DNA from: an uncultured Rhodospirillaceae bacterium
Lineage (GTDB): Bacteria; Pseudomonadota; Alphaproteobacteria; UBA9219
Direction of reading: 5' to 3'
Length of the DNA stretch: 64,000 nucleotides
Assembly: GCA_964453225.1 (NCBI GenBank)
Contig: CAYVNS010000003.1
Location: 29,218 to 93,217, forward strand
Part shown: piece after piece, positions 10,071 through 21,100 of the stretch
Position numbering within the stretch: position 1 is the stretch's first letter
Layout of the letters: each line of letters starts with the position of its first letter
Program-made: the position numbers and the translations under genes
The notes under the pieces: model-generated
Told to the model about the DNA's origin: nothing
What the model saw: the letters and a program-made list of their open reading frames with translations, nothing else
Database searches by the model: none

Positions 10071-11378
10071 CTACGCTGCCGTGCAGCATTTTTGGGGGGT
10101 CGCGTCGATGCCGGGCACGGGAAAGCGTTGGCAGAGATGGCGGACCTCGACATGCAATTTGTCCAAAAGCGCCTCGTCACCCGGAGCGCGCAAGACCTGA
10201 AGCATGACATTGGCCAGTTGTTCCATCTCATGCTCCTTCATGCCGCGCGACGTCGCGGCCGGCGTGCCGAAGCGGATGCCGCTGGGCTTCATCGGCGGAT
10301 TGGGATCGTCGGGAATGACGTTCTTGTTCAGCGTAATGCCCACGCGATCAAGCGCGCGTTCGGCGATATCGCCCGTGATCCCGAAGCCAGTAGCCGTGTT
10401 AATGACGATCAGGTGGTTTTCGGTGCCCCCCGTGACAAGATGCGCGCCGCCCTTCAAAAGGGCTCCGGCGAACGCTTGCGCATTGGCAAGGATTTGCCTG
10501 GCATACGCTTTGTAAGCGTCGGTCTGGACAAGCTTAAGCGTGGAGGCAAGAGCCGCGATCTGGTGCATGTGCGGGCCGCCTTGCATGCCCGGAAACACGG
10601 CTTTATCAACCGCGGCCGCGTATTGTTTTTTACACAGGATCATGCCGCCCCGCGGGCCGCGCAGGGATTTGTGCGTCGTCGTCGTCACGACATCGAAGCC
10701 GTAATCAAGCGGATTCTTGAGCGCGCCGCCCGCGATGATGCCGCCCAAGTGGCTGACGTCCGCCATGAGAAGGCATCCCGCTTCGTCCGCAATCTTTCTG
10801 AAGCCTTCGTAATCGTATTCGCGCGGATAGGAGGAATGGCCGCAAATGATGAGCTTGGGCTTTTCCTCCAGCGCGAGCTGGCGCACTTTTGCAAGATCGA
10901 TGACACCGTTTTCGGGTTCGGTCTGATAGCGGACGAATTTGAAAATCTTGGCCATGTTCGTTACGGGATGGCCATGCGAGAGATGGCCGCCATGCGTCAG
11001 CGCCATGCCCATGATTTTATCGCCGGGCTGAAGCAGCGCGAAATACACCGCTTCGTTCATCGGGCAGCCCGATAGCGGCTGGACGTTCGCGTGCTCGGCG
11101 CGAAAAACCGCTTTGGCGCGTTCGCGCGCCAGTGTTTCGATTTTATCGGTATTTTCTTGCCCGCCGTAATAGCGGCGGCCAGGATAGCCTTCGGAATATT
11201 TATTGTTAAAGACTGAGCCGAGCAGCATGTAGACTTCGGGGAAGCAGTAATTTTCGGAAGGAATCAGTTCGATGCCGTCGCTTTGGCGCACCTCTTCCTG
11301 CATCAGGGCGTTATAAACCTCGTTGTCGGATTTTTGCAGGCGATCAAGGGCCGCCGCCGAATAGGTAAAATTGGTCAT
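10071..11378 (-). CDS. glyA: Serine hydroxymethyltransferase
   Basis: LIPSENY..., PLP-lysine region [21 protein letters not shown]. Start at MTNFTYS (11378). Confidence 0.92.
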   Translation of the reverse strand: MTNFTYSAAALDRLQKSDNEVYNALMQEEVRQSDGIELIPSENYCFPEVYMLLGSVFNNKYSEGYPGRRYYGGQENTDKIETLARERAKAVFRAEHANVQPLSGCPMNEAVYFALLQPGDKIMGMALTHGGHLSHGHPVTNMAKIFKFVRYQTEPENGVIDLAKVRQLALEEKPKLIICGHSSYPREYDYEGFRKIADEAGCLLMADVSHLGGIIAGGALKNPLDYGFDVVTTTTHKSLRGPRGGMILCKKQYAAAVDKAVFPGMQGGPHMHQIAALASTLKLVQTDAYKAYARQILANAQAFAGALLKGGAHLVTGGTENHLIVINTATGFGITGDIAERALDRVGITLNKNVIPDDPNPPMKPSGIRFGTPAATSRGMKEHEMEQLANVMLQVLRAPGDEALLDKLHVEVRHLCQRFPVPGIDATPQKCCTAA

Positions 11379-11537
11379 GCTTTCCCCTATATATTCCATA
11401 AAGTTATTGCTGCATTGCGGGATTGTAACGCGCTTTTCGGCTTTCAATCAAGGGTCGCCAAAAGGCGCGAATCTCGCGGATTGATCGCCACGATATGTTT
11501 GTCTATAGTGAGTCGAACTTATCCACAGGATTTCACC

Positions 11538-11999
11538 ATGCGCTGCCCCTTTTGCGGAGCCGACGATACGCAAGTCAAAGACAGCCGCCCCACAGAGGAC
11601 AACGCGGCGATCCGGCGTCGCCGTTTTTGCGTGAAATGCGATGCGCGCTTTACCACGTTCGAGCGCGTTCAGTTGCGCGAGATGATGGTGCTTAAACGCA
11701 ACGGCGAAAAAGAACTTTTCGACCGCGACAAGCTTTTGCGTTCGCTGAAGATCGCCTTGCGCAAGCGCCCCGTTGACGACGAACGCATCGAGCAGGCGAC
11801 AAACAGCGTCGTGCGGCAACTGGAATCTTTGGGCGAAGGCGAGGTTAGCGCCGCCCGGATCGGCGAAGCCATCATGGAGGCTTTACGAAAGCTGGATCAT
11901 GTGGCTTATGTGCGCTACGCCTCGGTGTACAAGGACTTCCGCTCGCCGGGCGATTTCGAGGAATTTGTGGATACGCTGAAAAAAGAAACCATCTTCTGA
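11538..11999 (+). CDS. nrdR: Transcriptional repressor NrdR
   Basis: MRCPFCG...zinc ribbon plus ATP-cone (VIKRDG-like [16 protein letters not shown]). The ATG lies at 11538 inside the longer track ORF. Confidence 0.9.
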   Translation: MRCPFCGADDTQVKDSRPTEDNAAIRRRRFCVKCDARFTTFERVQLREMMVLKRNGEKELFDRDKLLRSLKIALRKRPVDDERIEQATNSVVRQLESLGEGEVSAARIGEAIMEALRKLDHVAYVRYASVYKDFRSPGDFEEFVDTLKKETIF

Positions 12000-12059
12000 T
12001 TCCCGCCTGCACGCCGCGTGCGTTGCAAAGCCGGAAGAGACGACAAGAAAAGGACGTTG

Positions 12060-12653
12060 ATGTTTACGGGCATTGTTCAGGACATGGGAACCATCGTCGA
12101 TATCGCCAAGGACGGCGATTGGCTGATTAAGATCAAGACGGAAAAGCTTTCCCTTCTTCGCACGCCCATCGGCGCGTCAATCGCCTGCGCGGGCATTTGC
12201 CTGACGGTGATTTCCAAGACCTATAATACTTTCCAGGTACAGGTTTCGCCCGAAACCATGAGCAAAACCACCGTCATGAAGTGGACGCCCGGCACGCGCG
12301 TTAATCTGGAGCCGGCTTTGCGCGTCGGCGACGAGCTTGGCGGGCATTTTGTGACGGGGCATGTGGACGGCATTGCCTTTGTGACGGCAAAGACGCGCGA
12401 GAATAATTGCCTGCGCCTGCAAATCGGCGCTCCCGCGGAACTGGCCCGCTTTCTGGCGCCCAAGGGATCGGCCACGATTGACGGCGTGGCGCTGACGGTG
12501 AACGAGATCGATCATGCGTTTTTTAACGTGACGCTGATTCCCCATACGCAGGATGTCACGACGCTGGGAGGCCTTGCCGTCGACGATGCCGTGAATTTCG
12601 AGGCGGACATGATTGCGCGGTATGCGGAGCGGCTGCTTCATCCGCAGCAATGA
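12060..12653 (+). CDS. ribE: Riboflavin synthase (alpha chain)
   Basis: MFTGIVQDMGTIV...two lumazine-binding repeats (GASIACAGICLTV / GSATIDGVALTV). The gene symbol is ambiguous between ribC and ribE nomenclature. Confidence 0.85.
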   Translation: MFTGIVQDMGTIVDIAKDGDWLIKIKTEKLSLLRTPIGASIACAGICLTVISKTYNTFQVQVSPETMSKTTVMKWTPGTRVNLEPALRVGDELGGHFVTGHVDGIAFVTAKTRENNCLRLQIGAPAELARFLAPKGSATIDGVALTVNEIDHAFFNVTLIPHTQDVTTLGGLAVDDAVNFEADMIARYAERLLHPQQ

Positions 12654-13792
12654 TTTCCCTCTATATCCACTGGCCTTTTTGCGTTTCGAAATGCCCGTAC
12701 TGCGACTTTAATTCGTATAGAGCGGGAACCCTCGATCAGGAATTATGGCGGCAGGCTTACCGGCGCGAGATGGAGCGCTATGCCGCGCTTTTGCCGCAGC
12801 GGCGCGTGCGCTCGATTTACTTCGGCGGCGGCACGCCGTCCTTAATGGAGGCGCGCACAGTCGAGTCCGTTCTAACGGACATTTCGAGGCTTTGGGCGAT
12901 TGAAGAAAACGTCGAAATCACCCTTGAGGCCAATCCGTCGTCGGCGGAGGCCGGAAAATTCGCCGCTTTTAGGGACGCGGGGGTCAATCGGCTTTCGCTG
13001 GGGGTGCAATCGCTGCGCGACGAGGTACTGAAATTCCTTGGGCGGGCGCATGACGCAAAAGAAGCGCGGAAAGCTTTGGCTTTGGCGGCACGCTATTTCC
13101 CGCGGTATTCCTTCGATCTTATTTATGCCTACCGAGGGCATACCTTGGAACAGTGGCGGCAAGAATTGGATGAGGCTTTAGCTTTAGCGGCGGGACATCT
13201 TTCGCTTTATCAGCTGACCGTGGAGCCCAAGACCGCGTTTGGCGCGAAGGCGCGGCGCGGCGAAGCATTAGCGGCTACCGATGATGAAGCGGCGGGTTTG
13301 TTCGAAGCGACGCAAGAGAGAACCGCCGCCGCGGGATTGCCGGCGTACGAAATTTCAAATCATGCGCGCAAGGGCCAGGAGAGCCGGCATAATCTGGCCT
13401 ATTGGCATTACGATGATTATATCGGCATCGGCCCCGGCGCGCATGGGCGCTACCGAGCGGGGAGCGCGCGGCATGCCGTTGAAAATACCGCAAAGCCCGA
13501 TGCGTGGCTTTCCCGCGTAAAAGAAAAAGGAACCGGCGTTCAGGGCGACCTTGTCCTTTGCCAGGAAGAGGCCATGCGCGAGGCGTTGTTGATGGGGCTG
13601 CGGCTGGCGCAAGGAATCGACTTTGACGCCTGGCGCGAAAAATTCGCTGTTCCCTTAATACCGTTCATCCCTGCCCTGCGGATCGAAAAGCTGGAGAAAG
13701 AAGGCTTGATGGCACGCGACGGGAAAAGCCTGCGTGCCACGAAAGCGGGATTGCAGAGATTGAACGCGGTTCTAAATTTTTTGCTTCTTTAA
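12650..13792 (+). CDS. hemW: Radical-SAM heme chaperone HemW (HemN-like)
   Basis: The CxxxCxxC motif CVSKCPYCDF lies near the N-terminus. A 4-nt ATGA overlap joins it to ribE. Confidence 0.8.
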   Translation: MISLYIHWPFCVSKCPYCDFNSYRAGTLDQELWRQAYRREMERYAALLPQRRVRSIYFGGGTPSLMEARTVESVLTDISRLWAIEENVEITLEANPSSAEAGKFAAFRDAGVNRLSLGVQSLRDEVLKFLGRAHDAKEARKALALAARYFPRYSFDLIYAYRGHTLEQWRQELDEALALAAGHLSLYQLTVEPKTAFGAKARRGEALAATDDEAAGLFEATQERTAAAGLPAYEISNHARKGQESRHNLAYWHYDDYIGIGPGAHGRYRAGSARHAVENTAKPDAWLSRVKEKGTGVQGDLVLCQEEAMREALLMGLRLAQGIDFDAWREKFAVPLIPFIPALRIEKLEKEGLMARDGKSLRATKAGLQRLNAVLNFLLL

Positions 13793-14487
13793 TAGGCTTT
13801 GGGTTTCGGGCGGAACAGGCCGACGACCGGCTCGAATAGCGCGCCTTCCCATCTCATATACGCCTTCGCCAATCCCGACATGCCCGCCATTTTTTGAACC
13901 GGGCCCGCGGGAGTCATTTGCGAGCCTGTTTGAATGGCTTTATCGGCCATTTTTTTGAGCACCGGCTGCGGGAGATTCTGGGAATTCAGATTCACGGCGC
14001 GTGTTTGGTCTTTTCGCTCGGCTATTTTTTTGAAGCTTTCACGAACCTTTTTCAGTTGCCGGATGTGCCCTTGAAGAGGGCCTTTTGTCATCGTGAAGGA
14101 ATCGCCAGAGGGAAAGGGAGCGGCCGTGGACGCCATTTCCATGCGGTAAGGGCGGTGCAAACCGGACGACTTGCGGGCAAACTTATCAAACGAACAAGCG
14201 TAGCGGTCATCGACATCGCTGTGCTTGCTGTTGGACGAAGCGATAATCCCTTCGGGGCGCGCGCTTGCGGACGAGGCGGGCTTGGAGGGCAGCCCGAGGC
14301 GCTTTTCCGTTCGTTTCAGGTCTTCCTCATTGAGCTTGTAGGAAACCGAGGCCGTTCCTTCGCCGTTGACGCTTGCGTTGCCGTCGGCGACATAGCTAAT
14401 CCCATGGCCTGCCAAGTTTCCGTCGACAGAAAGAGTTTGTTTGTCGCCGAGAATTTGTCTGAGATCGTCGGACGATAAATCGGACAT
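13789..14487 (-). CDS. Hypothetical protein (232 aa, low complexity)
   Basis: Long ORF with no recognisable domain. Coding potential is plausible but no family was assigned. Confidence 0.4.
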   Translation of the reverse strand: MSDLSSDDLRQILGDKQTLSVDGNLAGHGISYVADGNASVNGEGTASVSYKLNEEDLKRTEKRLGLPSKPASSASARPEGIIASSNSKHSDVDDRYACSFDKFARKSSGLHRPYRMEMASTAAPFPSGDSFTMTKGPLQGHIRQLKKVRESFKKIAERKDQTRAVNLNSQNLPQPVLKKMADKAIQTGSQMTPAGPVQKMAGMSGLAKAYMRWEGALFEPVVGLFRPKPKAY

Positions 14488-14724
14488 TTCAATATTCCTG
14501 CACGAAATACACCTATTCTAACCCATACAGCGTTAATGCCGGATAAATTTCAGAACACGGGCGCGAAATATTAACAAAACCAGTTGGTTATACCAACGGC
14601 CTTAAATTCTGACACCTAGAGTCCGTTGGTATCCGAGGCGACTGCCGAGGCGGCGGCTTATGCCGCCGAAGGCCCTAAATTTTCTTCAAAAACGATTATG
14701 TGTCAAAATTTAGGGCCACTGGTA

Positions 14725-15942
14725 TTATTGATAAGCATTTATAAAGCTGGTCGGCGAGGGATCTACGGCTATTGTGCCCGCCGCCGTTATTTCAAGAACC
14801 GCCATGGCGCGTTCGACAGCGCCCGACGCGCGCAAGCGGAAAATGCCGTCGAGGCCCGCAAAGCCGTTTGGATTCGTGAGCGCCGCCTCGTCGTAACGAA
14901 GCCCGCGCTTGGCGAGAATGGCCGCAAGCGCTGTCGCGTCATAAGCAAGCGTGGCAAGGCGAGGCGGTTCCGCGCCGTAGGCCGCCTGATAGCCCGCGAT
15001 GAAAGTGCGTCGCTGGGCCGGATCGGGGGCTGCGTACCAGCCGCCGATGAGAAACGGGACTTGGCGGCCAAGGGCGGGCGTGTCCCATAAACCTGTGCCG
15101 AGCAAGCGCGTGCGGGACGAATTGAAGCCTGCGGCGGCAAGCTGATCGGCAACCTTTTTAAGATCGTTGCCGCTTGCCGGCAAAAAGAGAGCGTCGATCA
15201 TGTTCTGCTGCAAGGCGAGGGCTTGGACTTTTTCGGCTAGGTCGGCGCCTTTCGGATCGTAGGTTTGCACGTCGATCAGCGTTTGGCCTTGCTCGCCCAG
15301 CGTGCGGCGGAAGACATCGTCCACCAGCGTTCCGTAAGGCGTTGCGGGAATAAGGGCTGCGAAACGATGCGCCCCGCGCGATGCCGCATAGGCAACGACG
15401 CGCTGGACCTGCGCGGCCGGCGCGAGGCCCATCACGAAAACGCCGCGTTCGGCAAGCGACGTGTCGGTGGATAGGGGAAGCACCAGAAGGCCGTTGGCTT
15501 GCGCCGTGCGCTTGACGGGGGGGACATCGGCGGCGAATAGAGGGCCGATGATAAGGCTGGCGCCGTCGCCGATGGCTTTGCGCGCCGCCGTTTCCGCGCC
15601 TTCCGGCCCGGCCGTGTCGCGCGGTTGCAGCTCGAAATTATTGCCCGCCGAGTCAAAAACCGCTTGTTGCGCGGCGTTCAGCATCGCCTGCCCAAGGGCC
15701 GCGTTAGGCCCCGAGAGGGGCAGAAGGATAGCGGCCTTTTGCTTGAGGAGGGCTGCGGCCGGGGCCGGGGCAAGCGGCTTTGACGCGATGGCCGGCTGGG
15801 GCATAGCTTTCTCGGCAGGGGAACGATAAGCCGGATGGTCTGTTGCGGTTTTCTGGGGTAGGATGCCGGACTCGCGCAGCGTGCTTGTGCACCCGCTTAT
15901 CATTAAGAAGAAGGCGCATGCCAGGAAAAGATAAGTCTTCAT
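14725..15942 (-). CDS. lpoA: LpoA/LppC-like lipoprotein (putative penicillin-binding protein activator; periplasmic-binding-protein fold)
   Basis: Lipobox LMISGCT, a Pro/Ala-rich linker and then a type-I PBP-like domain. It is divergent from rsmI-yraN, as in the E. coli lpoA/rsmI locus. Confidence 0.6.
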   Translation of the reverse strand: MKTYLFLACAFFLMISGCTSTLRESGILPQKTATDHPAYRSPAEKAMPQPAIASKPLAPAPAAALLKQKAAILLPLSGPNAALGQAMLNAAQQAVFDSAGNNFELQPRDTAGPEGAETAARKAIGDGASLIIGPLFAADVPPVKRTAQANGLLVLPLSTDTSLAERGVFVMGLAPAAQVQRVVAYAASRGAHRFAALIPATPYGTLVDDVFRRTLGEQGQTLIDVQTYDPKGADLAEKVQALALQQNMIDALFLPASGNDLKKVADQLAAAGFNSSRTRLLGTGLWDTPALGRQVPFLIGGWYAAPDPAQRRTFIAGYQAAYGAEPPRLATLAYDATALAAILAKRGLRYDEAALTNPNGFAGLDGIFRLRASGAVERAMAVLEITAAGTIAVDPSPTSFINAYQ

Positions 15943-15968
15943 CGCTTGATTATCCCTCGTTGGGCCGA

Positions 15969-16838
15969 ATGCTGGTTGAGGCTAGCGGGAACGGCGCTTT
16001 ATGTAAACCTCCCGCCGGGCTTTATTTGGTCGCGACGCCCATCGGGCATTTGGGGGATATGACGTTGCGCGCGCTGGTGACTTTGGCCTCGGCGGATATC
16101 ATCGCGTGCGAGGATACGCGCAAGAGCGGGCTTATGCTGCGCGCTTTCGGCATAAAAAGTCCTACGCTGTCGTATCACGATCACAATGCGGACAACAGAA
16201 GGCCTGACATTTTAAAGCGGCTTGGCCGCGGCGAGGTTGTGGCGCTGATCTCGGACGCGGGCATGCCGGCTATCGCCGATCCGGGTTTCAAGCTGGTGCG
16301 CGCCTGCCGCGACGCCGGTTTCCTGGTAACCGTTCTTCCGGGCGCCAATGCGGCTTTGGCGGCGCTGGCTTCTTCGAGCTTGCCGACGGATCAGTTTCTC
16401 TTTGGCGGTTTTTTACCTCCCAAAAGCGCGGCGCGAAAGAAAACCGCTGCCATTTACAAAGCGCTTGCCGCGACCTTGGTTTTTTATGAATCCCCCGCGC
16501 GCCTTGCGGAAAGCCTTGGCGATTTGGCCGATGTTTTCGGGGCGATGAGACCGGCGGCCGTGGCGCGTGAACTTACAAAAATTTATGAAGAAGTGCGCAA
16601 GGGTACTTTGGGCGAATTGGCTGCCTATTATAGTGAGCATGAGGCTAGAGGAGAGATTGTGATTCTCGTCGGCAAGGACGCGCGCGAGGGATCCGACGTC
16701 CTGGATATCGACTCGCTGTTGGCGGAGCGGCTAAAAATTCTGAGCGTGCGCGATGCGACGGCGGAAGTGGCCGAAATGACAGGCCTGCCGAAGAAAGATG
16801 TTTATCTGCGCGCGCTTTCGCTAAAGGCGGCCAAATGA
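15969..16838 (+). CDS. rsmI: 16S rRNA (cytidine1402-2'-O)-methyltransferase
   Basis: LYLVATPIGHLGDMTLRAL...IIACEDTRKSG is the tetrapyrrole-methylase fold. Start at the MLVEAS ATG, 15969. Confidence 0.85.
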   Translation: MLVEASGNGALCKPPAGLYLVATPIGHLGDMTLRALVTLASADIIACEDTRKSGLMLRAFGIKSPTLSYHDHNADNRRPDILKRLGRGEVVALISDAGMPAIADPGFKLVRACRDAGFLVTVLPGANAALAALASSSLPTDQFLFGGFLPPKSAARKKTAAIYKALAATLVFYESPARLAESLGDLADVFGAMRPAAVARELTKIYEEVRKGTLGELAAYYSEHEARGEIVILVGKDAREGSDVLDIDSLLAERLKILSVRDATAEVAEMTGLPKKDVYLRALSLKAAK

Positions 16839-17185
16839 CGCGCACGTCGTATCAAACGGGGATTCTGGCCGAAAAATTGTGCTGTTTGGCCTTGCGCTTG
16901 AAATTATACCGTATCTTAGCGGTGCGTTACAAAACCGCTTTCGGGGAGATTGACGTTATCGCCGCGCGCGGCCAAACCGTTGCCGCGGTGGAAGTGAAGG
17001 CGCGCGCGACAAAGGAAGCCGCGCTTGAAGCCATTTCCTTGAAACAGCGGACACGCATTGCCCGCGCTTTGCAAAATTTCGTACTGCGCGAGCCGCGGTA
17101 TGCCGGCGCCGATCTGCGTTTCGATGTGATGCTGGCCGTCCCGCGAAAATGGCCGGTGCATATAAAGAACGCGTGGCGCATCTAG
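16835..17185 (+). CDS. yraN: YraN/UPF0102 family endonuclease-like protein
   Basis: GEIDVIAARGQTVAAVEVKAR is the conserved YraN core. A 4-nt overlap joins it to rsmI. Confidence 0.75.
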   Translation: MTRTSYQTGILAEKLCCLALRLKLYRILAVRYKTAFGEIDVIAARGQTVAAVEVKARATKEAALEAISLKQRTRIARALQNFVLREPRYAGADLRFDVMLAVPRKWPVHIKNAWRI

Positions 17186-17315
17186 ACCGCGATCCGTCCA
17201 GATGGAAAGCATCTCTTGCTTCCATCTGGACGGTGAATCGCCGGTCTTATATAATATATAGGTAGAGCCTTTTCCGCCCTTCAGAAACAATTCCATGAAT
17301 TCGGAAAAGGCTCTA
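17183..17315. repeat. Two-hairpin intergenic repeat element, copy A (RIME/REP-like)
   Basis: SL1 at 17194-17233 is a 14-bp stem (ccgtccagatggaa/ttccatctggacgg). SL2 at 17263-17315 is a 14-bp stem (tagagccttttccg/cggaaaaggctcta). A near-identical copy lies at 26905-27031. Confidence 0.65.
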
Positions 17316-17376
17316 AAAAACGGCGGCAGGGGCGCGTTTGCCCTTGCCGCCGCCGTTCGATATCAATGCCTTAGGC

Positions 17377-17955
17377 TTAGCCCTTGGCGCCAAGCGGCAG
17401 AACCGCTTTGCCATACGTCTCGTTCAGGACTTGAGCAACCGCCGTGTAAATCGCCGACAAGCCGCAGACGATGCCTTCGACGCCCGCGAGGTGCGTGATC
17501 CTTTCGGATTGCGTCCAGTCACCGATCGCAAGCAGAAAGAACAGTACCGCGAGCGAGCCGAAGACGAATTGCAGCGCCTTGCTTGCGCGCAAGGTGCCGA
17601 TGAACATGAAAAGCGTAAAGACGCCCCACAAGGCAAGGAAAGTGCCCATCGTCGCTTTTTCCGGCCCGACGACGCCAAGCGACGTTTTCGGAAGGATGAT
17701 CAGCCCGACCAGCGTGAGCCAGAAGATGCCGTAGCTTGTGAAAGCTGTGGTGCCGAAGGTGTTGCCTTTTTTCCATTCCATGATGCCGGCGATGATCTGC
17801 GCCAAACCGCCGTAAAAAAAGCCCATCGCCAGGATCATCGAGTCCATCGGGTAGTAGCCTGCGTTATGGAAATTAAGCAAGACGGTCGTCATGCCAAACC
17901 CCAGTAGCCCAAGCGGCGCTGGATTTGCCGTCATATCATTTGTGTGTGCGGTCAT
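17377..17955 (-). CDS. satP: GPR1/FUN34/YaaH family succinate-acetate/proton symporter
   Basis: [23 protein letters not shown] and six TM segments are diagnostic. Confidence 0.8.
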   Translation of the reverse strand: MTAHTNDMTANPAPLGLLGFGMTTVLLNFHNAGYYPMDSMILAMGFFYGGLAQIIAGIMEWKKGNTFGTTAFTSYGIFWLTLVGLIILPKTSLGVVGPEKATMGTFLALWGVFTLFMFIGTLRASKALQFVFGSLAVLFFLLAIGDWTQSERITHLAGVEGIVCGLSAIYTAVAQVLNETYGKAVLPLGAKG

Positions 17956-18194
17956 CGATCACTCCTGTTCAAAGTTAATCAGTTCATGCGACCGTTCCGG
18001 TAATAAACTTCCGAAACTTTCCTAAGGAGAAGATCAAAATATGATTAATAATTATGAACAAATAGTTATGGGAGTGTGTGGCATACATAAATATGTGGAA
18101 AATGCCTATTAAAGCGAAAATCATCGCCCTCCCTGCCTTTTTCCGTCAAAAGGAAAAGCAGGAAGGGGAATGGAAGCGGATCTAACGCTTTGGT

Positions 18195-21100
18195 TTAGCT
18201 TATTTTCTTGGCGCCGGCGGTTGCCTGTGCTTCGAGCGTGCGGCTGACGGCGTCCGTTAAGCCATCCCCTGTCGCTTCGAGCTGCATCAGGATTTGGCCC
18301 AAGCTTCGCATCAGGTCTTCGCCTTGCGTTTTTAAGGCCGTTCTCATGCGGTCCGTGCGCTGCTGCATTTCATCGATGCTTTTGTTCATGCCGACGACCT
18401 GGTTGTGCGCGTCGCTGACGCCCTTGTTCAACGCGGTCGTTTGATCGTTGTAGATCTGGCCGATGCCGCGCATGATGCCCGCCGCCGTGTTGGCGCCGGC
18501 CGCCATGTTGCTCATTTGCGACTGAACGGCGGTGACGACTTCATCCAGCTTTTCGATGGCATGGACGCTGAGGTCGCCCGACAGGGCGCGCGTGTTTTCA
18601 ACCTTTTCGGCGATGGTGGACAGATGCGACAGGAGCTGTTGCAGATGTTCGAGCGCGCTGCCTTCTTGCGATTTGATGTCGGCGCCGGCCTGAGCCATGT
18701 GGTCGATCATTTGGTCGAACTTGCCGCTGAACGACGCCAGCAAGCGGCTGACCTCTTCCATCGACTGGCGCATTCTGTTCGTGCCCGCATCGACTTGCGC
18801 GACCGCCGTTGCGCCCGTTTCCTCAAACCGCTTGCTAACGCGTTCGACATCGGAGACCGCGCCGACCGTCGTGGAGCGCAGGCTTGTGCTTGTGCGTTCC
18901 AGTTGCGCCGTGATTTTCATCAGGCCGTTGCTGATTTCGTCGATCTGGCCTTGCAGCGCGCCACGGATGCTTTCCATGTGGTCGCGCAACGTATCGCCCG
19001 TCGTGACGATGCGGTTTTCGGCCCGCGTCGTCGCTTCGGAAATCGCCTCGATCTGCTTGACGATGCCTTCGCCGGCCTGCGCCAGGCGTCCGCCTGTCGT
19101 CGCCGCGCGCTGGTCGAGCTGGTCGAAATCGCGGACGAGGCGTTCCGCCGTCACCGTGGCTTCGTTTCTTAGGGTCAACAGGCGCTGGCCCGCTTCGGCA
19201 AGCGAATCGACGCCGACGCTGGCCTTTTCGATCAGATCGCGCTGTTCGCCCGAAAGCTTGGCCGTGCTTTGCTGCATGGCGGCCACTTGCTCGGCCAACA
19301 GCTGGTTGAAGCCGTTGAGGATGCGCCCGGCGTCTTCCGCAACGCCGCCGACGCGTTTCATCTCTTCGACCATATTGCTTCGCGTCGACGCGGTGACGGA
19401 GATGAAGCGATCCGCCGTGTCGATCATCGCCTTGTTGGCGTCCATCGACTGGGCTTTCAGCGCTCGCGCGGCCGTTTCAATATCGATGAGGCCTTCCTTC
19501 AACGTGGCGGGCAACTGCTTCGCCTCGTTCTTCAGGCTTTCCGAAACCTTCGCAAAGGCTTGTTCGGACTTGGCCAGGTTCGTGCGCAAGGTATCGTTCT
19601 GCATCGCCAGCGCCTTGGACGCGCCCAGCACATGCTCGGCCGCCTTATGCGACAGATCGGAGAGATGTTGCAGCTGGCCTTGCATCGCGCCTTTGACTTC
19701 TTCGATGCGCGACGCGGCCCGTTCGACGACTTCGTGGCCCGCTTTTTCCGTGGCGGTGATCGTATCGCGCAAGACAGCCAGGCGCGTTGTGGCGTATTCC
19801 GCCGCGTTGGCCAAGGCTTCCGTCTGCGTTTCGGCCTTGTCGCCCATCTCCCCCACCACGCGCAGGTGGGCGTGCATTTTTTCGCCGATGCTTGTCAGGC
19901 GGCCTTCGGATTGATCCAGCGTTTGCGACAAGGCTTCGGTTTGGCTGCGAATAAGCTCGGCGCCGTCTTTCGTGACTTCGGTGAAGCGCTTGGTCGTTTG
20001 ATCGAGCGACTGCACGGAATCGCGCAAATGGACGGCTTGTTCCCCGATGCCGGAAGCAGCGGAGACAATGCCGCGCAATTGTTGCTCGGCCTTCTGGCCT
20101 TCGTGATTCAGGGCCACCGCCTGCTGGGCGAAACCGCCGACCGACGCGGCGACATTGGCGAGCGTTTCCTGCGCCTTCGTTCCGATGGCGTCCATGCTGT
20201 GGGTGATGCTCGTCGCGCTTTCTTGCAGGCGCTCGGCCGTACGTTCCGCCGTGGCCGCCGTTTCGTTTTGCACGCCCATAAAGCGCGTGATGAGCCCGCC
20301 GATGGTATCGCGCTGCGAGTCCAACGCGATGGCAAGCGTTTTCTGCCGGTCGTCGATTTGCTGCAAGGCCTTGGCCAAAAGCCCCGCCTTTTCGCCGATG
20401 GATTGCTGAACCGAGGACAGCGTTTTTTCGGCCGAATATCCCGCTTCGTGCATATCATGCGCGCCGGCGGAGAGGCGGCCCAAAAGCGCGTCCAGGGTTT
20501 CGTTGGTTCGCTCGCCGTCGGCTTGCATGGACAGGCGCAGATCGTAGATCTGGCCGTGCAGGCTTGTCGTCGTCGAGAAGATGGTCTGCGCCTGTTCTTC
20601 GATGCGCTTGGCTTCGATATCGATGGCTTCGGCTTCCTTGGCGAAGGATTCCGTGGCCGTGCGGACGCTGCTAAGCGCGCTTTGCGCCCGCGTGTCGATA
20701 ACGTCGGCGCTGATGGCGATTTTCTGCGCGTCTTGCGTCAGGCGCGTGGTGAGGCGATCCGACGATTGGATCGTTTCCGCCTGCGCGTCGGCAAGCCGTT
20801 CGAACAGGGACTTGATGATCTCGCGCTGGGAATCGAGCGAGGTGCCGAGCTGTTGCTGGCGATCGTTGATCTGCTGAACCAGGGCGGCGAGCGCGGCGCA
20901 TTGCTGCGTCGCGTTGTTGCCGAGAGTCATCAGGGACATTTCCGTCGAGGAGCTGATGTCCCGCAGTTCAGCCGAACCCGCCGTAATCTTGCTGAGCAGC
21001 GAGCCGTAGACCGAGTTCGTGAGATCGCCCTCTTCGCGCAGCGTGGCGCACAACGCGCCCAGCTTTTCGTTGGCGCCGGAGGCGGACGTGACAATGACGC

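Noticed and set aside
9933-11075. 380-aa plus-strand ORF overlapping glyA
   Set aside because: It is antisense to the serine hydroxymethyltransferase gene and has no recognisable motif.
17295-17498. Small ORF MNSEKAL... starting inside the repeat element (also MNSENAL* in copy B)
   Set aside because: In copy B it terminates after 7 codons. In copy A it only runs on because it reads antisense through satP. It is a chance ATG within the hairpin loop.
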